A DNA stretch of 64,000 nt from Thermoplasmatota archaeon (lineage in GTDB: Archaea > Thermoplasmatota > Thermoplasmata > Thermoplasmatales > Thermoplasmataceae): positions 16,879-80,878 of the forward strand of contig JAMDBT010000047.1 of assembly GCA_023487205.1 (NCBI GenBank), read 5' to 3'. Below the pieces are notes generated by a model, which worked only from the letters and a program-made list of their open reading frames with translations, was not told the origin of the DNA and ran no database searches. Below are positions 63,623 through 64,000 of this stretch, one piece after another. How positions within the stretch are numbered: the stretch's first letter is position 1; each line of letters begins with the position of its first letter. Made by a program: the position numbers and the translations under genes.

Positions 63623-64000
63623 TCAGGAGTGTATGAAGCATAGGTCGTCTACGACTCTTACGAGGCTGAATTTATTTCTCTCCGCAAAATCGTGCGGGGC
63701 ATCTGTCCAGTCAAAATTATCCACCATTATGATCCAGTTTCCCCTCAGATATGGCAGAACAGAATCCAGTTCAAGAGTAACGTGATCATAGGTGTGCTCT
63801 GAATCGTGGAAAAAGATATTCACGCTTCCAATCTCACGCAGTTTCGGCAATAGCGTTTCCCTGCTGTTTCCGATAGTAAGGTGCCAGTTCTTTTTCACTC
63901 TTTCCGGAACCACAAATCCAACCGGCAACTCTGCTTTCTCTTGTCCGTACTTCACGCCAAGGTCAAAGCTGTATAGATTTCCGGAATTCCCAATTGCGCT
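63623..64000 (-). CDS. class I SAM-dependent methyltransferase (O-methyltransferase/CmcI-like), 5' end outside the window
   Basis: ..NIFFHDSEHTYDHVTLELDSVLPYLRGNWIIMVDN.. The frame stays open to the window edge (..AIGNSGNLYSFDLG..). Confidence 0.65.
   Translation of the reverse strand, partial: SAIGNSGNLYSFDLGVKYGQEKAELPVGFVVPERVKKNWHLTIGNSRETLLPKLREIGSVNIFFHDSEHTYDHVTLELDSVLPYLRGNWIIMVDNFDWTDAPHDFAERNKFSLVRVVDDLCFIHS

Noticed and set aside
1-64000. CRISPR arrays, cas genes, rRNA genes, restriction-modification or toxin-antitoxin defence modules.
   Set aside because: I saw no short regularly spaced direct repeats, no cas-like ORFs and no rRNA-like stretches. The AbrB-like gene at 57848-58009 has no adjacent PIN or MazF toxin ORF, so I do not call it a TA pair.

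Overview
The window is a gene-dense archaeal chromosome segment, probably from a Thermoplasmata-like euryarchaeote. That placement is inferred from gene order and content, and no database search was run. The evidence is an archaeal ribosomal-protein order with S4e, L32e, L19e, aSUI1 and Rpp29, plus TATA boxes 20-35 nt upstream of start codons, which fits leaderless mRNAs. The main blocks are as follows. (1) 1-7207: the distal part of an 11-subunit-type complex I operon (nuoD' H I J1 J2 K L M N), followed by two coupled small orphan ORFs. (2) 7.8-19.9 kb: a minus-strand housekeeping block with an orphan gene, tatC, tatA, a B12-radical-SAM gene, thrS, hutH, tRNA-Gly, tpiA and an acyl-CoA synthetase. 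(3) 19.9-27.2 kb: an accessory-looking sugar cluster, comprising a GDE-type glycosidase and a four-gene ABC importer. It is bracketed by a decayed IS256-like transposase fragment and tRNA-Lys. (4) 27309-35597: one 8.3 kb gene for a 2762-aa protein made almost entirely of TPR repeats. It carries a perfect 920-bp in-frame internal duplication and is the most unusual object in the window. (5) 35.7-52.5 kb: the ribosomal-protein superoperon, running rpl3 to rpl15, secY, adk, DUF106, cmk, cbf5 and nop5-like. (6) 52.5-64 kb: purF, an Sm-like gene, aIF5A, agmatinase, L10e, a 740-bp ORF-free gap, an AbrB-like regulator, an MFS transporter, a membrane protein with a zinc ribbon, an AlaX-like protein lacking all four Zn ligands, folC and orc1/cdc6. 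The ORF-free gap carries the universal RNase P RNA CR-I motif. I saw no CRISPR array, no rRNA and no recognisable defence system. All functional calls rest on motifs read from the supplied translations, and the boundaries of alternative starts are uncertain.
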